Source: Octopus bimaculoides (taxonomy: Eukaryota). Taken from it: 33,315 nucleotides of DNA. Location: positions 145,868,120-145,901,434 of the forward strand of contig NC_068984.1 of assembly GCF_001194135.2 (NCBI RefSeq). The letters run 5' to 3'. The notes beneath the pieces were generated by a model. The model made no database searches. It saw nothing but the letters and a program-made list of their open reading frames with translations, and was not told the DNA's origin. A program made the translations under genes and the position numbers. Below, piece by piece: positions 1 through 9,760 of this stretch (its first letter is position 1; the number at the start of each line of letters is the position of its first letter).

Positions 1-12
1 TTCCGTGGCGTC

Positions 13-113
13 AGTCGGCTCGGAGCTATAGTAGAAGATACTTGCTCACGATGGACTGAACCCAAAGCCACAAGGCTGCAAAGCGAGCCACTTAACCCCA
101 TAGCCATTGCCTG
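13..113 (-). mobile_element. tRNA-derived SINE family A, 5' head fragment
   Basis: GCTATAGTAGAAGATACTTGC..GGACTGAACCC..AACCCCATAGCCA is the reverse complement of the head seen at 7078-7230 and 32638-32990. Confidence 0.75.
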
Positions 114-769
114 TGACTAATAGAATCTCAAGCAAAAGATGCTATTATATGTCTCTGTGCTAAATTATGATTGTATAAAGTTTCACCTTTTTCCCTCAAA
201 TTTATCTGATTAATGTAATTTTTTTTTTTGATTTTGTTGTTCATTTAATCCAAATTGTTTGCGCTACGTCAATAAGGACGATCGAAATCCTTACAACCTG
301 GAAAGAGAAAGACTCGCCCTAGCCTCAAGATCACTCTGATAGTAAAAAAACAACAAGAACAACAAAACTTTAGTTATTTCAGCTGTATCAATAAGGCGGT
401 CTTCTAATCTATAACACCTGCTTCTATCAGCGAGGCAAATAAAACATCGTAGACATCAAAATGAGGTATCATCACACAAGCCATCTATATACAATCCCTT
501 AAGTTATTGTCGGACACAGCCGCTTTCTGGCACTTTTTCGCTATGTCCATAATGGCTGAAGTGATCTGTGGATTCTATGCTATTGAAGAAAAGAGCGAAG
601 TAAATTTTCATCCCAGATCAAGATTCTGAATAAAAATTTCACGAAATATAAACAATTGACAAACAAAACCACTGAAATGAAATGAGAACTTTCGATGCCA
701 CATCTTTAGATTACGTATGCACCTATGTAGGATTGTGTGAGTTTATCTTCGATCCTCTATCCTCTATCG

Positions 770-1168
770 CTTACTCGTTTCTGTTATTACACTGCAGCCA
801 TGCTGGAACATTGACTCGAAGAGTTTTTAGTCGAACAAATCGACCTCAGTACCGATTGTTTAGTCTGCTACTAATTCTATCAGTGTCTTTTGCCAAACCT
901 CTACGTTGTGAGACGTGAAAAGTAAACACTGCTTGTCAAGCGGTGGTGGGGACACATACACACACATACACATACACATACGCACACACACGCATACACA
1001 TACTCATGCATATATACACGATGCGCTTCAACAAACTTCCCGTCCATCAAATTCACTCCCAAAGCATCGGTCTGCCCGGGAAGACATTTGCCCAAGATAC
1101 CGCGCAGCAGGATTGAACCTGAAGCCATTGATAGAAAGCTGAGCGTGTTAGCCACACAGCCATGCCTG
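770..1168 (-). mobile_element. SINE family A, near full-length diverged copy
   Basis: Collinear with 18297-18692: tail (CTGCAGCCATGCTGG..TAGTCGAACAAATCGACC), body (GTCAAGCGGTGGTGGGGAC), internal CA/TA microsatellite and head (TTGCCCAAG..TTAGCCACACAGCCATGCC). Confidence 0.75.
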
Positions 1169-1247
1169 CACCATTATAAACAGCCAATCTTTATAATAAT
1201 TTATGCATGCACACGTGTATACATTAAGTATTCACGTATTTAATATA

Positions 1248-1517
1248 CAGTAATCCTTCGCCTATCGGGGTTTATTATTTAAGCTTAGGTCGATTCCTCN
1301 NNNNNNNNNGTAATCCTTCGCCTATCGGGGTTTATTATTTAAGCTTAGGTCGATTCCTCCGTGGTGTTGTTTTGCATTTACAATAAAATAAATATATACA
1401 AATTATAAAAATAAAAATAAAAATATATACAGTACAGTACTGTTTCTACTTCGCGGATTTTCACTTATCGTGGGGGGGGGGTGGAACGTAACACTCGCGA
1501 TAGTCGAGGGATCACTA
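1248..1517. mobile_element. Tigger/pogo-like (Tc1/mariner superfamily) MITE
   Basis: Left TIR CAGTAATCCTTCGCCTATCGG versus reverse-complemented right TIR TAGTGATCCCTCGACTATCGC (16/21). TA dinucleotides flank both ends (1246-1247, 1518-1519). The internal CTTCGCGGATTTTCACTTATCG..GGAACGTAAC segment is typical of Tigger-like MITEs. The element contains a 10-N gap with a duplicated 50-mer. Confidence 0.8.
1300..1309. other. Assembly gap flanked by a duplicated 50-mer (1250-1299 = 1310-1359)
   Basis: The identical sequence on both sides of a 10-N gap indicates unmerged overlapping contig ends. Confidence 0.85.
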
Positions 1518-1519
1518 TA

Positions 1520-1713
1520 AATGCATTGAAGAGCAGCGGGAAGTAGATGAAGAGGCAGGCAAAGAACACAATTGATGGAAAACATCACAGACTGGTTGGC
1601 CAAGGGTGGCGAGGCAGATGGAAAAGTCACACTTGATTGAGAAGACTTTCGTTGGACTCGCATCAAGGTGTTGCAAGTGTAACAGCCATGATGATGACGA
1701 CGACGACGACGAC
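1520..1713 (+). mobile_element. Decayed RTE-like LINE 3' end with (GAT/GAC)n tail
   Basis: Translation GSR*RGRQRTQLMENITDW resembles the RTE ORF C-terminus (G.R.RGR.R..WMDNI.DW). A trinucleotide tail follows at 1688-1713, as is typical of RTE 3' ends. Confidence 0.5.
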
Positions 1714-1744
1714 AAATGACTGTCACTTGGTAGGAAAAAAGGAG

Positions 1745-1902
1745 GGTGTGCGCGTGCGAACGTGCGTATGTGCGTCTGTGTGTGTCTGTGTGTGTGTGTC
1801 TGTGTGTGTGTGCGAATGTATTTACGTATCTATGTCTGTATACGTGTTTACATAAACATATACATGTATGTGTAATCTAGCTCTTCTCTTTTCTCTGTGT
1901 GT

Positions 1903-1938
<36 letters not shown>

Positions 1939-1950
1939 GTATGTATATGC
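1745..1950. repeat. Compound (GT/TG/TA)n microsatellites
   Basis: Directly visible dinucleotide tracts. Confidence 0.9.
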
Positions 1951-2109
1951 GCATATATCTACGCATTCATGTCTGTAGGCATGTTTACATAAACACACAC
2001 AGAATTGCATGCGTCTGAAAACAATGAACGCATTGATATTTGAGAAGAATCGTTTGCAATTATGCACAAAATGTAAGAAGCAGATCATAAAATGTAGAAC
2101 GTAACTCAA

Positions 2110-3092
2110 TATTTACACCTGCTTCACTGCTCTGCTCATGAAAGAATTTTGTTTTCAAAGTCTGCTTTCCTAAATTACCAAAAAGCACTCCCTACTCATG
2201 AATAACACGCAGTTAAAAGATCTCACTCGCTACAAAGGCGAGGCCTCACTATCTCTAGTTATCTATTTAGTAACTTCACATATGTCTATCACTGCCAAAA
2301 CTGTATCCTAAATTCTATGTTTGTTTCAGTGCTAACTGCAGAACATCTATGAAACTCGAGTGCAACTCAGTTTAGAGTCCCATTCACATATGTGTGACGG
2401 AATTGCTGCTCTGCACACACGCGTGTCTCTTTTACAAGTGGGCAACAGTGGTAATATTAATAGAATTGGTGTCATGGGTGACATACTGTTCCCTTGAAAG
2501 ACATCGGGTTTATTTCTGTAATCCATAAGGATTTTCACGAAATGTTTAGTCAGTTCTCTAGGATACCATTCTGCTTCCAGTCACATTCTTAATCTTCGGA
2601 ACAATTTTGAAAAGGTCCAGGCATTTCATAATCCACGAGTAGGGGACCATGTCAAATGCCTTTTTGTTGTCGATCCACGCCATTGGCAGTCCACTTTGTC
2701 TCCTTTTCTATTTCTGATAATCATTTTATCCATCACAAATTGGTGCTTGGTGCCTCTGGATTGCTTTCCCAAAGCTTTTTGTTCTGTAGGTAGGAGGCCC
2801 TTTTCAGCCAGGTGGTCATATATCTCTTGGGAAAATATTCCTGTGAATATTCTTCACTGTTTTGGGAGACAGGTGATCAGGTGACAGTTTCTTCTTATCT
2901 TTCATGAGAAGTGTTCATCTCTATTTAGTTAACCAATCGGAAACAAGTCCCTTTTTTTGAGCATTAATCCATCATTTCTGCTAGCATGTCTCCTTTTACC
3001 AAAATCCTTGTACCTCATCTGAACCAAATGCCTTCCAGTTGGATAATTTCCTGATCTGTTTCAAGAGGATTACTCGAAATATCCAGATCTGA
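2110..3092 (-). pseudogene. Decayed non-LTR retrotransposon reverse transcriptase, R4/Dong-like (R2 superfamily)
   Basis: Minus-strand translation across stops and frameshifts gives ordered motifs: KLSNWKAFGSDEVQGFW, ITCLPK, IFTGIFSQEIYDHLAEKGLLPTEQK, SRGTKHQFVMDKMII, MAWIDNKKAFDMVPYSWIMKCL, DVFQGNSMSP. These match R4-like NWKAPGPDGVQGFW / AWIDYKKAYDMVPHSW / QGDSLSP. The core 2440-3090 is strong; the extension to ~2110 (decayed MDD region) is weaker. Confidence 0.85.
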
Positions 3093-3093
3093 T

Positions 3094-3094
<1 letters not shown>

Positions 3095-3150
<56 letters not shown>
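3095..3150. repeat. (CT)n microsatellite running into assembly gap
   Basis: Directly visible. Confidence 0.95.
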
Positions 3151-4489
3151 NNNNNNNNNNNNNNNNNNNNNNNNNNNNNNNNNNNNNNNNNNNNNNNNNN
3201 NNNNNNNNNNNNNNNNNNNNNNNNNNNNNNNNNNNNNNNNNNNNNNNNNNNNNNNNNNNNNNNNNNNNNNNNNNNNNNNNNNNNNNNNNNNNNNNNNNNN
3301 NNNNNNNNNNNNNNNNNNNNNNNNNNNNNNNNNNNNNNNNNNNNNNNNNNNNNNNNNNNNNNNNNNNNNNNNNNNNNNNNNNNNNNNNNNNNNNNNNNNN
3401 NNNNNNNNNNNNNNNNNNNNNNNNNNNNNNNNNNNNNNNNNNNNNNNNNNNNNNNNNNNNNNNNNNNNNNNNNNNNNNNNNNNNNNNNNNNNNNNNNNNN
3501 NNNNNNNNNNNNNNNNNNNNNNNNNNNNNNNNNNNNNNNNNNNNNNNNNNNNNNNNNNNNNNNNNNNNNNNNNNNNNNNNNNNNNNNNNNNNNNNNNNNN
3601 NNNNNNNNNNNNNNNNNNNNNNNNNNNNNNNNNNNNNNNNNNNNNNNNNNNNNNNNNNNNNNNNNNNNNNNNNNNNNNNNNNNNNNNNNNNNNNNNNNNN
3701 NNNNNNNNNNNNNNNNNNNNNNNNNNNNNNNNNNNNNNNNNNNNNNNNNNNNNNNNNNNNNNNNNNNNNNNNNNNNNNNNNNNNNNNNNNNNNNNNNNNN
3801 NNNNNNNNNNNNNNNNNNNNNNNNNNNNNNNNNNNNNNNNNNNNNNNNNNNNNNNNNNNNNNTGACACTTGAGTTACAGCTGCCGCACATCCATTCGTCG
3901 CATGCCTCTTAACCCGGACCTATTCTTCTCAGAAAACCAGACTTTACCACTCCTCTTTCTTTTCTTTTATTCTATTTTATTTCTTTTTAAAAAAATTTCA
4001 TTTGATCTCAAGCAATGTGTTTAACAATAGCCCATAAGTTTCCAACAAGCCACAGATTGGTTCACGCTACTTCACATGGCGGGAATCAGAAAGCAATGTC
4101 TGTGCAATTTGGACCGAATAACTAAAGGAAAGTTTTGTTCGAACACAGACGTTTATTGACGTTCTTAGTTCTTACTTATTTCACTGATGGATAAAATTTT
4201 GTTGTGTCTTGGGAGGGTCATTACATAAATAATGATACCACACGCACAGGTTCAATTCCACTTCTTTATTATTAGTCAGTTGTTTAAATATCTGACCAAC
4301 AAACCTAAGCGATCGTTTGTTTAATGTGTTGGTTAAACACTCAATCGGTCGTTTGTCAGTCAAAGTCCTTTCGTCGCTATTCGCGACCTTTTCAGTGACT
4401 TAATAACTTCCCACCTCGTTCCAAGATCCGCTCTGAGTCTGTATAAAACTCTAACCGGTATACGTCAGCGAATGATACAGGCGTGCCCT

Positions 4490-4800
4490 CGCGCATACAC
4501 AGCGCAGTGTAATCGAATGGTCAAGAAGTTTCCGGATTCGATCCTACAGCGTGACATCATAGGCAACTGTAATTTTCTTTAAGCTCTGGTCAACTCATAT
4601 CTTATGAGTGAAACTGAATTGACGGAAACTGTAGAGAAGCCCGTCGGATCGATTATAGCAGTAATTCAAAATTGCAGGCATATGGCGCAGTGTTACTCAG
4701 ATTATACCTGAGTGTTACATTAAAGGTACACTTATCTTTGGAGTACTCCGCCACTAATATGTTAATTCAGGAGCAAGTTATTCCAGTGAACAATACGTCC
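4490..4800 (+). mobile_element. Diverged SINE with family-A mid-section and C-type tail
   Basis: GGATTCGATCC B-box-like motif (~4534), GACGGAAACTGTAGAGAAGCCCGTCG (4621-4646; family A), then TTAAAGGTACACTTATCTTTGGAGTACT, shared with 12411-12435 and more weakly ~17075. Confidence 0.5.
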
Positions 4801-5013
4801 ATCCATGAATGCATGTACACGCGAACGAGTGACTTTCGATTTAAATCCAGACCGTGATTTCACAAAGCTAACTGCGTCGATACCTGGGATCGTCAGAGGC
4901 AGTGAAGTAATGGTTGGAACAGGAAGGATGCGTGACCTCAGGCAGATCACGTGACTGAAATTCAGCGAGTATAAAGGCTGGAGAGCATAAAGGTTAAGGT
5001 TGTAGTCGAGAAA

Positions 5014-5776
5014 ATGTTAGTTAGCGAACACGGAATCTACTTGAATATTGGGAAAGAGTTACCGTGTATCATGCTGATTCGGACCGTATATCAAAATGCC
5101 GACATCGTGACAGTTGCTCAGAGCTCTGTGAACCCTGTAAAAGCTTTAAGACGTGACATGGACAGCTGTAACGGAGACTACGAAGCCGTGGTCAACCGGA
5201 AGGGACACAGCAGATACTTTGACAGCGCTCGCATGCCGGAGTTCATCCCCACAGGGTCTTAGACTTAATTCAGACGGCTATTTGAAGATGCTGGAGATTG
5301 GGATCAAACCATAGCTGGATAAGGTCGTTGCATGGTAGCAGGAGGATGCGCTCCTGGCCATTCCTCCGGAAAGAGTCAGAAGTGGTTGCCGAAGAATTTC
5401 TACAACTTCGCCAGTTCCAGCTTCTAGCCTCCTAATATTCCTGATTGTAATCTCATGGATTACTATGTACGGCGCGGTTTGAGAAAGACACCAACAGCTC
5501 TACCTGCACTGCCAAGGCCGAACTGGTGGCCAAGATCAAGGAAGTGCTCCAAGATTTTGCCAGAAGCACAGTGAGGAACGCATGCACCAGGTTTCGGAAC
5601 CGTTTTGAGGCCGTGGCGGAAGCTGAGGACAACTACTTCGAGCAAACTGCTATCTCCCAGCCATAATCTGGTTGAGATCTTTTGGGGTTTTTTAAAAACA
5701 CTTTTATTTTTGTTTGAGACATTGTGTTTTCTTTTCCTTTTCTGCAAAACTGTCAAATTTAGCCCCGAACACCCTG
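5014..5776 (+). mobile_element. Internally deleted, decayed DD37D (maT/mori-type) Tc1/mariner transposon
   Basis: An N-terminal segment (..VVNRKGHSRYFDSARMPEFI) is joined out of frame to PQGLRLNSDGYLKMLE..QED-APGHSSGKSQKWLPKNFYNFASSSF*PPNIPDCNLMDYYV..VRNACTRFRNRFEAVAEAEDNYFE. There are 37 residues between the 2nd and 3rd Asp after correcting one 1-nt frameshift. The right end ..GTCAAATTTAGCCCCGAACACCCTG|TA equals the CAGGGTG-type TIR plus TA. The left TIR was not recognised. Confidence 0.85.
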
Positions 5777-6592
5777 TACATACATAAGAATCACGGATTA
5801 CCTGTACTAATATAATGACATACACTAACACANNNNNNNNNNNNNNNNNNNNNNNNNNNNNNNNNNNNNNNNNNNNNNNNNNNNNNNNNNNNNNNNNNNN
5901 NNNNNNNNNNNNNNNNNNNNNNNNNNNNNNNNNNNNNNNNNNNNNNNNNNNNNNNNNNNNNNNNNNNNNNNNNNNNNNNNNNNNNNNNNNNNNNNNNNNN
6001 NNNNNNNNNNNNNNNNNNNNNNNNNNNNNNNNNNNNNNNNNNNNNNNNNNNNNNNNNNNNNNNNNNNNNNNNNNNNNNNNNNNNNNNNNNNNNNNNNNNN
6101 NNNNNNNNNNNNNNNNNNNNNNNNNNNNNNNNNNNNNNNNNNNNNNNNNNNNNNNNNNNNNNNNNNNNNNNNNNNNNNNNNNNNNNNNNNNNNNNNNNNN
6201 NNNNNNNNNNNNNNNNNNNNNNNNNNNNNNNNNNNNNNNNNNNNNNNNNNNNNNNNNNNNNNNNNNNNNNNNNNNNNNNNNNNNNNNNNNNNNNNNNNNN
6301 NNNNNNNNNNNNNNNNNNNNNNNNNNNNNNNNNNNNNNNNNNNNNNNNNNNNNNNNNNNNNNNNNNNNNNNNNNNNNNNNNNNNNNNNNNNNNNNNNNNN
6401 NNNNNNNNNNNNNNNNNNNNNNNNNNNNNNNNNNNNNNNNNNNNNNNNNNNNNNNNNTGGAATGCACAAAACAATTTCTTTCAGACAATTTAGACTTAAA
6501 AAGAAATGAACATTAGGTCTGTCCCCTCCCCGCGCCCCTGCCCACACACCCCTCCCGTTCCTCTCACCTCCTCGAATGGAATTTAATCAGAG

Positions 6593-6625
6593 GAAGAAGA
6601 AGAAGAAGAAGAAGAAGAAGAAGAA
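6593..6625 (+). repeat. (GAA)11 trinucleotide repeat
   Basis: Directly visible. Confidence 0.95.
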
Positions 6626-6965
6626 GGAGAAGAGAAGGGATTCAGCGAAAGAATTACACTTATTAGGGGACTTTGACACAACTCAGGGTTCAGAGAGAGG
6701 CTTGCAAGGGGAATATTCGTGACTTAAGAGCTTCGTTGCCCAGGAAAATAAATGAGAGGATCAAGAATTTTGAACCTGTTTAACATTGAAACATACGCAG
6801 CTTAGCCGAGCAGGTACAGAACACTCACAAAGGCACAAACATACTCGTGTGTGGGGATGTGTACATTATGTATATATGATATAAATATATATAATGCTCC
6901 TTTTACTTATTTTAGCCATTAGACTGCGGCCAAGGATGACCTGGGCCTAAACAGCAACATAAGCA

Positions 6966-7076
6966 CATACATACATACAGACAGACAGACAGACAGACAG
7001 ATGAATAGATAGATAGATAGCTAGATAGATAGATAGATAGATAGATATGTACGTACGTATGTATATATATATATAT
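6966..7076. repeat. Compound (TACA)/(GACA)/(GATA)/(TA) microsatellite
   Basis: Directly visible. Confidence 0.9.
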
Positions 7077-7077
7077 C

Positions 7078-7230
7078 GGCGTGGCTGTGTAGAAAGAAGT
7101 TTGCTTCCCAACCACATAGTTCCAGATTCACTCCCGTTGCGTGTCACCTTAGCGAGTGTGTTCTGCTATAGCCTCGGGTTGACCAAAGCCTTGTGAGTGG
7201 ATTTGGTAGACGGAAACTGAAACGAAGAGC
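7078..7230 (+). mobile_element. SINE family A head, well preserved
   Basis: GGCGTGGCTGTGTAGAAAGAAGTTTGCTTCCCAACCAC..GACCAAAGCCTTGTGAGTGGATTTGGTAGACGGAAACTG. It has tRNA-like A/B-box spacing and matches 32638-32780. Confidence 0.85.
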
Positions 7231-7558
7231 CTTTCATTTATACAAAAGCAAAGTTTGGAGGAAATATTAGCTATTTTTCATGCTTTCTAGGGGTCAGCAA
7301 ATAAAAAATATCAGTTGCAACCCAAGGACAAAAATCGTGTTACACTGGTCAATGTCTTTTGACATCCATTAATATTTCAGCATCTTGTCTAAATGTCTGG
7401 TTGAAATTGTTTCAATTGTTGTTGTAGTTGTCATTTTATCGAAAACAGAGAGAAAAGTCACCACAGAAATTTTCTTCAAATTGTACTAACAATATTTTCA
7501 GTATTTCAAAGATGTTTTCTTAAAAATCCCAGATTTCCAACGAGCTTTTTTCTATTTC

Positions 7559-7592
<34 letters not shown>

Positions 7593-7613
7593 ATAAATTC
7601 AAAAATAATTCGT

Positions 7614-7745
7614 TCTACTATAGTCACACGACCCAACGTTTGGTGAATGGGGGGGGCCTTATCGATTACATCGACACTAGTGCTAAACCGATACTTATTC
7701 TATCGACTCCACAAAAGAATTACAGTAATTTCTCCTACATTCCGC
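7614..7745 (-). mobile_element. SINE family B, 3' fragment
   Basis: ATCGATTACATCGACACTAGTGC..GATACTTATTCTATCGAC matches 25915-25960 and 33115-33170. Confidence 0.6.
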
Positions 7746-8849
7746 TCTGTGTATCGTAACCAGTAATACCGTTGAGTAGATTAGTAACCACATCACTTTA
7801 TTAGAAGCTGGCTGGATAATATTGTACATGGAGCACTAAATGCAACATTGGCAGTCGTACATTTAACTGTATACATACACACACGTACATTTCCTCACGC
7901 GCACACACCACCACCACCACCACCACACCACCACACACACGCACACAAAGCCGTCGTCTGCAGCCAAGTCAGAGGAATATTGAACTATCCAACTGTATTA
8001 AACGATCGCAAGTTATTTATTAGCAGCCATGAAAAGTTAGTCAGAAATTGAAGGACAATGTCAGGTAACTATCTCAAGTAATCAGCCAACACAAAGGTGA
8101 AAAATGATCGTGAGGGTGGATGGGTGGGTGGGGGAACGCGGATATGCGTTACTGGAGTCAGTGAAGCGTCATGAAGCGGCAGGTGCCACACAACATCTGT
8201 CAACAATTGCTATTCAGTTCATTATAAATACTGCCATGAAATAGCTGGGGTACCTACCCCCTTCCCCACCTAGCTACACACATATCTACCTCTCTACATA
8301 CCTACCTCTTCTTACAACTCATTGTCTTTCTCTATTCATTTCAATGAATGCATGTTTGTGTATGGTATGTTGTATTTGAATACACGTTGCGTATGTGAAT
8401 ACGTGTGCGCCCGTTATTGACAGCTTTAAAGCTATTACCTCGCCGTCCATCTGCTCGCTTCTCCTTCTTTTCTCCTTCCCTTCCTCATATCTTTAATCGG
8501 ATCCTACATAGCTGTCATTCCTTCTAAAAACACCCAACGTCTAGTCAAACTGCTTGTCACAATCACTGAAAGCTTTAATAATTGACAACAATAGAAAAAT
8601 CAAATAAACAAAACCTGGGTCACTCGTTATAATTGATTTATTATTTAACTAAGTATTGAAGTCCTTTTGTTAGTTAAAGGCTCATTGGAAGGATAGTATC
8701 CATGCCTTGCTCTAGTACTACTAACAATTTTAAAGTGAAATATTTTCAACAAGATCTATGAAACATGTCAGGGTGTCCAGATTTTCACCTCAATATCGAT
8801 CGTCTGCCTACGGTGGACTAAGAACATTTTTTGAGTTTCAAATAAAATG

Positions 8850-9025
8850 ACATGCGGTATTTAGTTCCAGGTCTTTATCTTTTGAATTCAAATCACACCA
8901 AGATCGACTTTGCTTTCATCCTTCTGGAGGGTCGATAAAAATAACGTATTAATTAAGTACTAGGGTTCATTTAATCGATTCACCTCGTACTCCAAATTTC
9001 TAGATGTGTGCCTGTATTAGAAACA
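8850..9025 (+). mobile_element. SINE family B, diverged copy
   Basis: TTTGAATTCAAATCACACCAAGATCGACTTTGCTTTCATCCTT..GGTCGATAAA, a B-box-like motif plus body shared with 21590-21650 and 30570-30615. Confidence 0.7.
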
Positions 9026-9044
9026 GTATTGATTGCTTAATGAT

Positions 9045-9135
9045 ATGTGCAGGTTTGAGTGAGTGGTTGAAAATTTCGCTTTGCAATCATAAGATTTGTG
9101 TGGAATTGGGTGGATGGAAACTGTGTGGAGTTCGC
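9045..9135 (+). mobile_element. SINE family A fragment (head with internal deletion)
   Basis: GAGTGGTTGAAAATTTCGCTTTGCAATCAT..GGAATTGGGTGGATGGAAACTGTGTGGAG resembles the family A head and the GACGGAAACTG segment. Confidence 0.45.
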
Positions 9136-9199
9136 AAGTGTAATACAAATACCTTTTGGTGTCTGGCGCGAATAAGATCACCAATAACTGCAACATAAA

Positions 9200-9510
9200 A
9201 AAGGGCTCGAAAGAAGGACCAGACCGCATCGTCAGACTCGCGGAACAGCAACAGACACATTCGGTTCTTAGGCAGAGATGTCCGTTCGAAAGGTTTATTA
9301 GTCTCCACGCAGTGTCGGTACAACCAGCGATAAACTAACAACTTATTTTGGGAGACATGGTAGGAGCACAAAGATGTGTGTTCCAGGACCCTGAAGAGAC
9401 TCCAGGAGGGAACAACGATTGGTAAGTGAAATAACGGTTGCTTCAGACAGGGTCCCTTGGAGGAGGTATACCTGAGGACTCTCCCTCCACGACCCTCCCA
9501 GTAATTGTGG
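9200..9510 (+). pseudogene. Possible highly decayed R4/Dong-like LINE fragment (region N-terminal to RT)
   Basis: One frame with three stops reads RYNQR*TNNLFWETW*EHKDVCSRTLKRLQEG. This loosely resembles R4-like RY..R..Q.RQN.LF and FW..IW.E...H...A.WL..L.E. The similarity was judged by eye only. Confidence 0.3.
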
Positions 9511-9551
9511 ACGGAGAAAGAAGGAAGGAGAGATAGGCGGACAGATGGAGC

Positions 9552-9637
9552 AGTAGTAGTAGTAGTAGTTGAGGTGGTGGTGAAAGACAAACGAGACAAA
9601 AGAACATTGACAATGGTGGTGGTGGTAGTGGTGGTGA

Positions 9638-9681
<44 letters not shown>

Positions 9682-9760
9682 ATCACAGCAAAAATAACAA
9701 CCACAACAAACAAGCAGAAGTAGAAGAAATAAAAAGAAGAAATAAAAAGAAGAAATAAAA
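9552..9760. repeat. (AGT)n/(GGT)n/(GAAA)n low-complexity cluster
   Basis: Directly visible; (GAAA)n at ~9636-9680. Confidence 0.9.

Noticed and set aside
1250-1359. Direct repeat around N10 resembling a CRISPR repeat-spacer unit
   Set aside because: Only two copies flank a gap in eukaryotic DNA; this is an assembly overlap artefact.
2996-6547. Long ORFs of 227-341 aa at 2996-3890 and 5463-6547
   Set aside because: They are mostly X residues from N-gaps. The few real codons belong to the R4 RT or maT relics.
7962-8063. Candidate exon (CTGCAG acceptor ... CAG|GTAACT donor)
   Set aside because: All three frames contain stops before the donor. A non-coding exon cannot be excluded without RNA-seq.
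9390-9415. CTGAAGA-GACTCCAGGAG-GGAAC hammerhead-like core (also 9790 and 26783)
   Set aside because: The GAAA or G8 core nucleotides are missing and there are no flanking stems.
9314-9421. Candidate exon ending at a G|GTAAGT donor
   Set aside because: All frames from the CACGCAG acceptor contain stops, and the region is better explained as a LINE relic.
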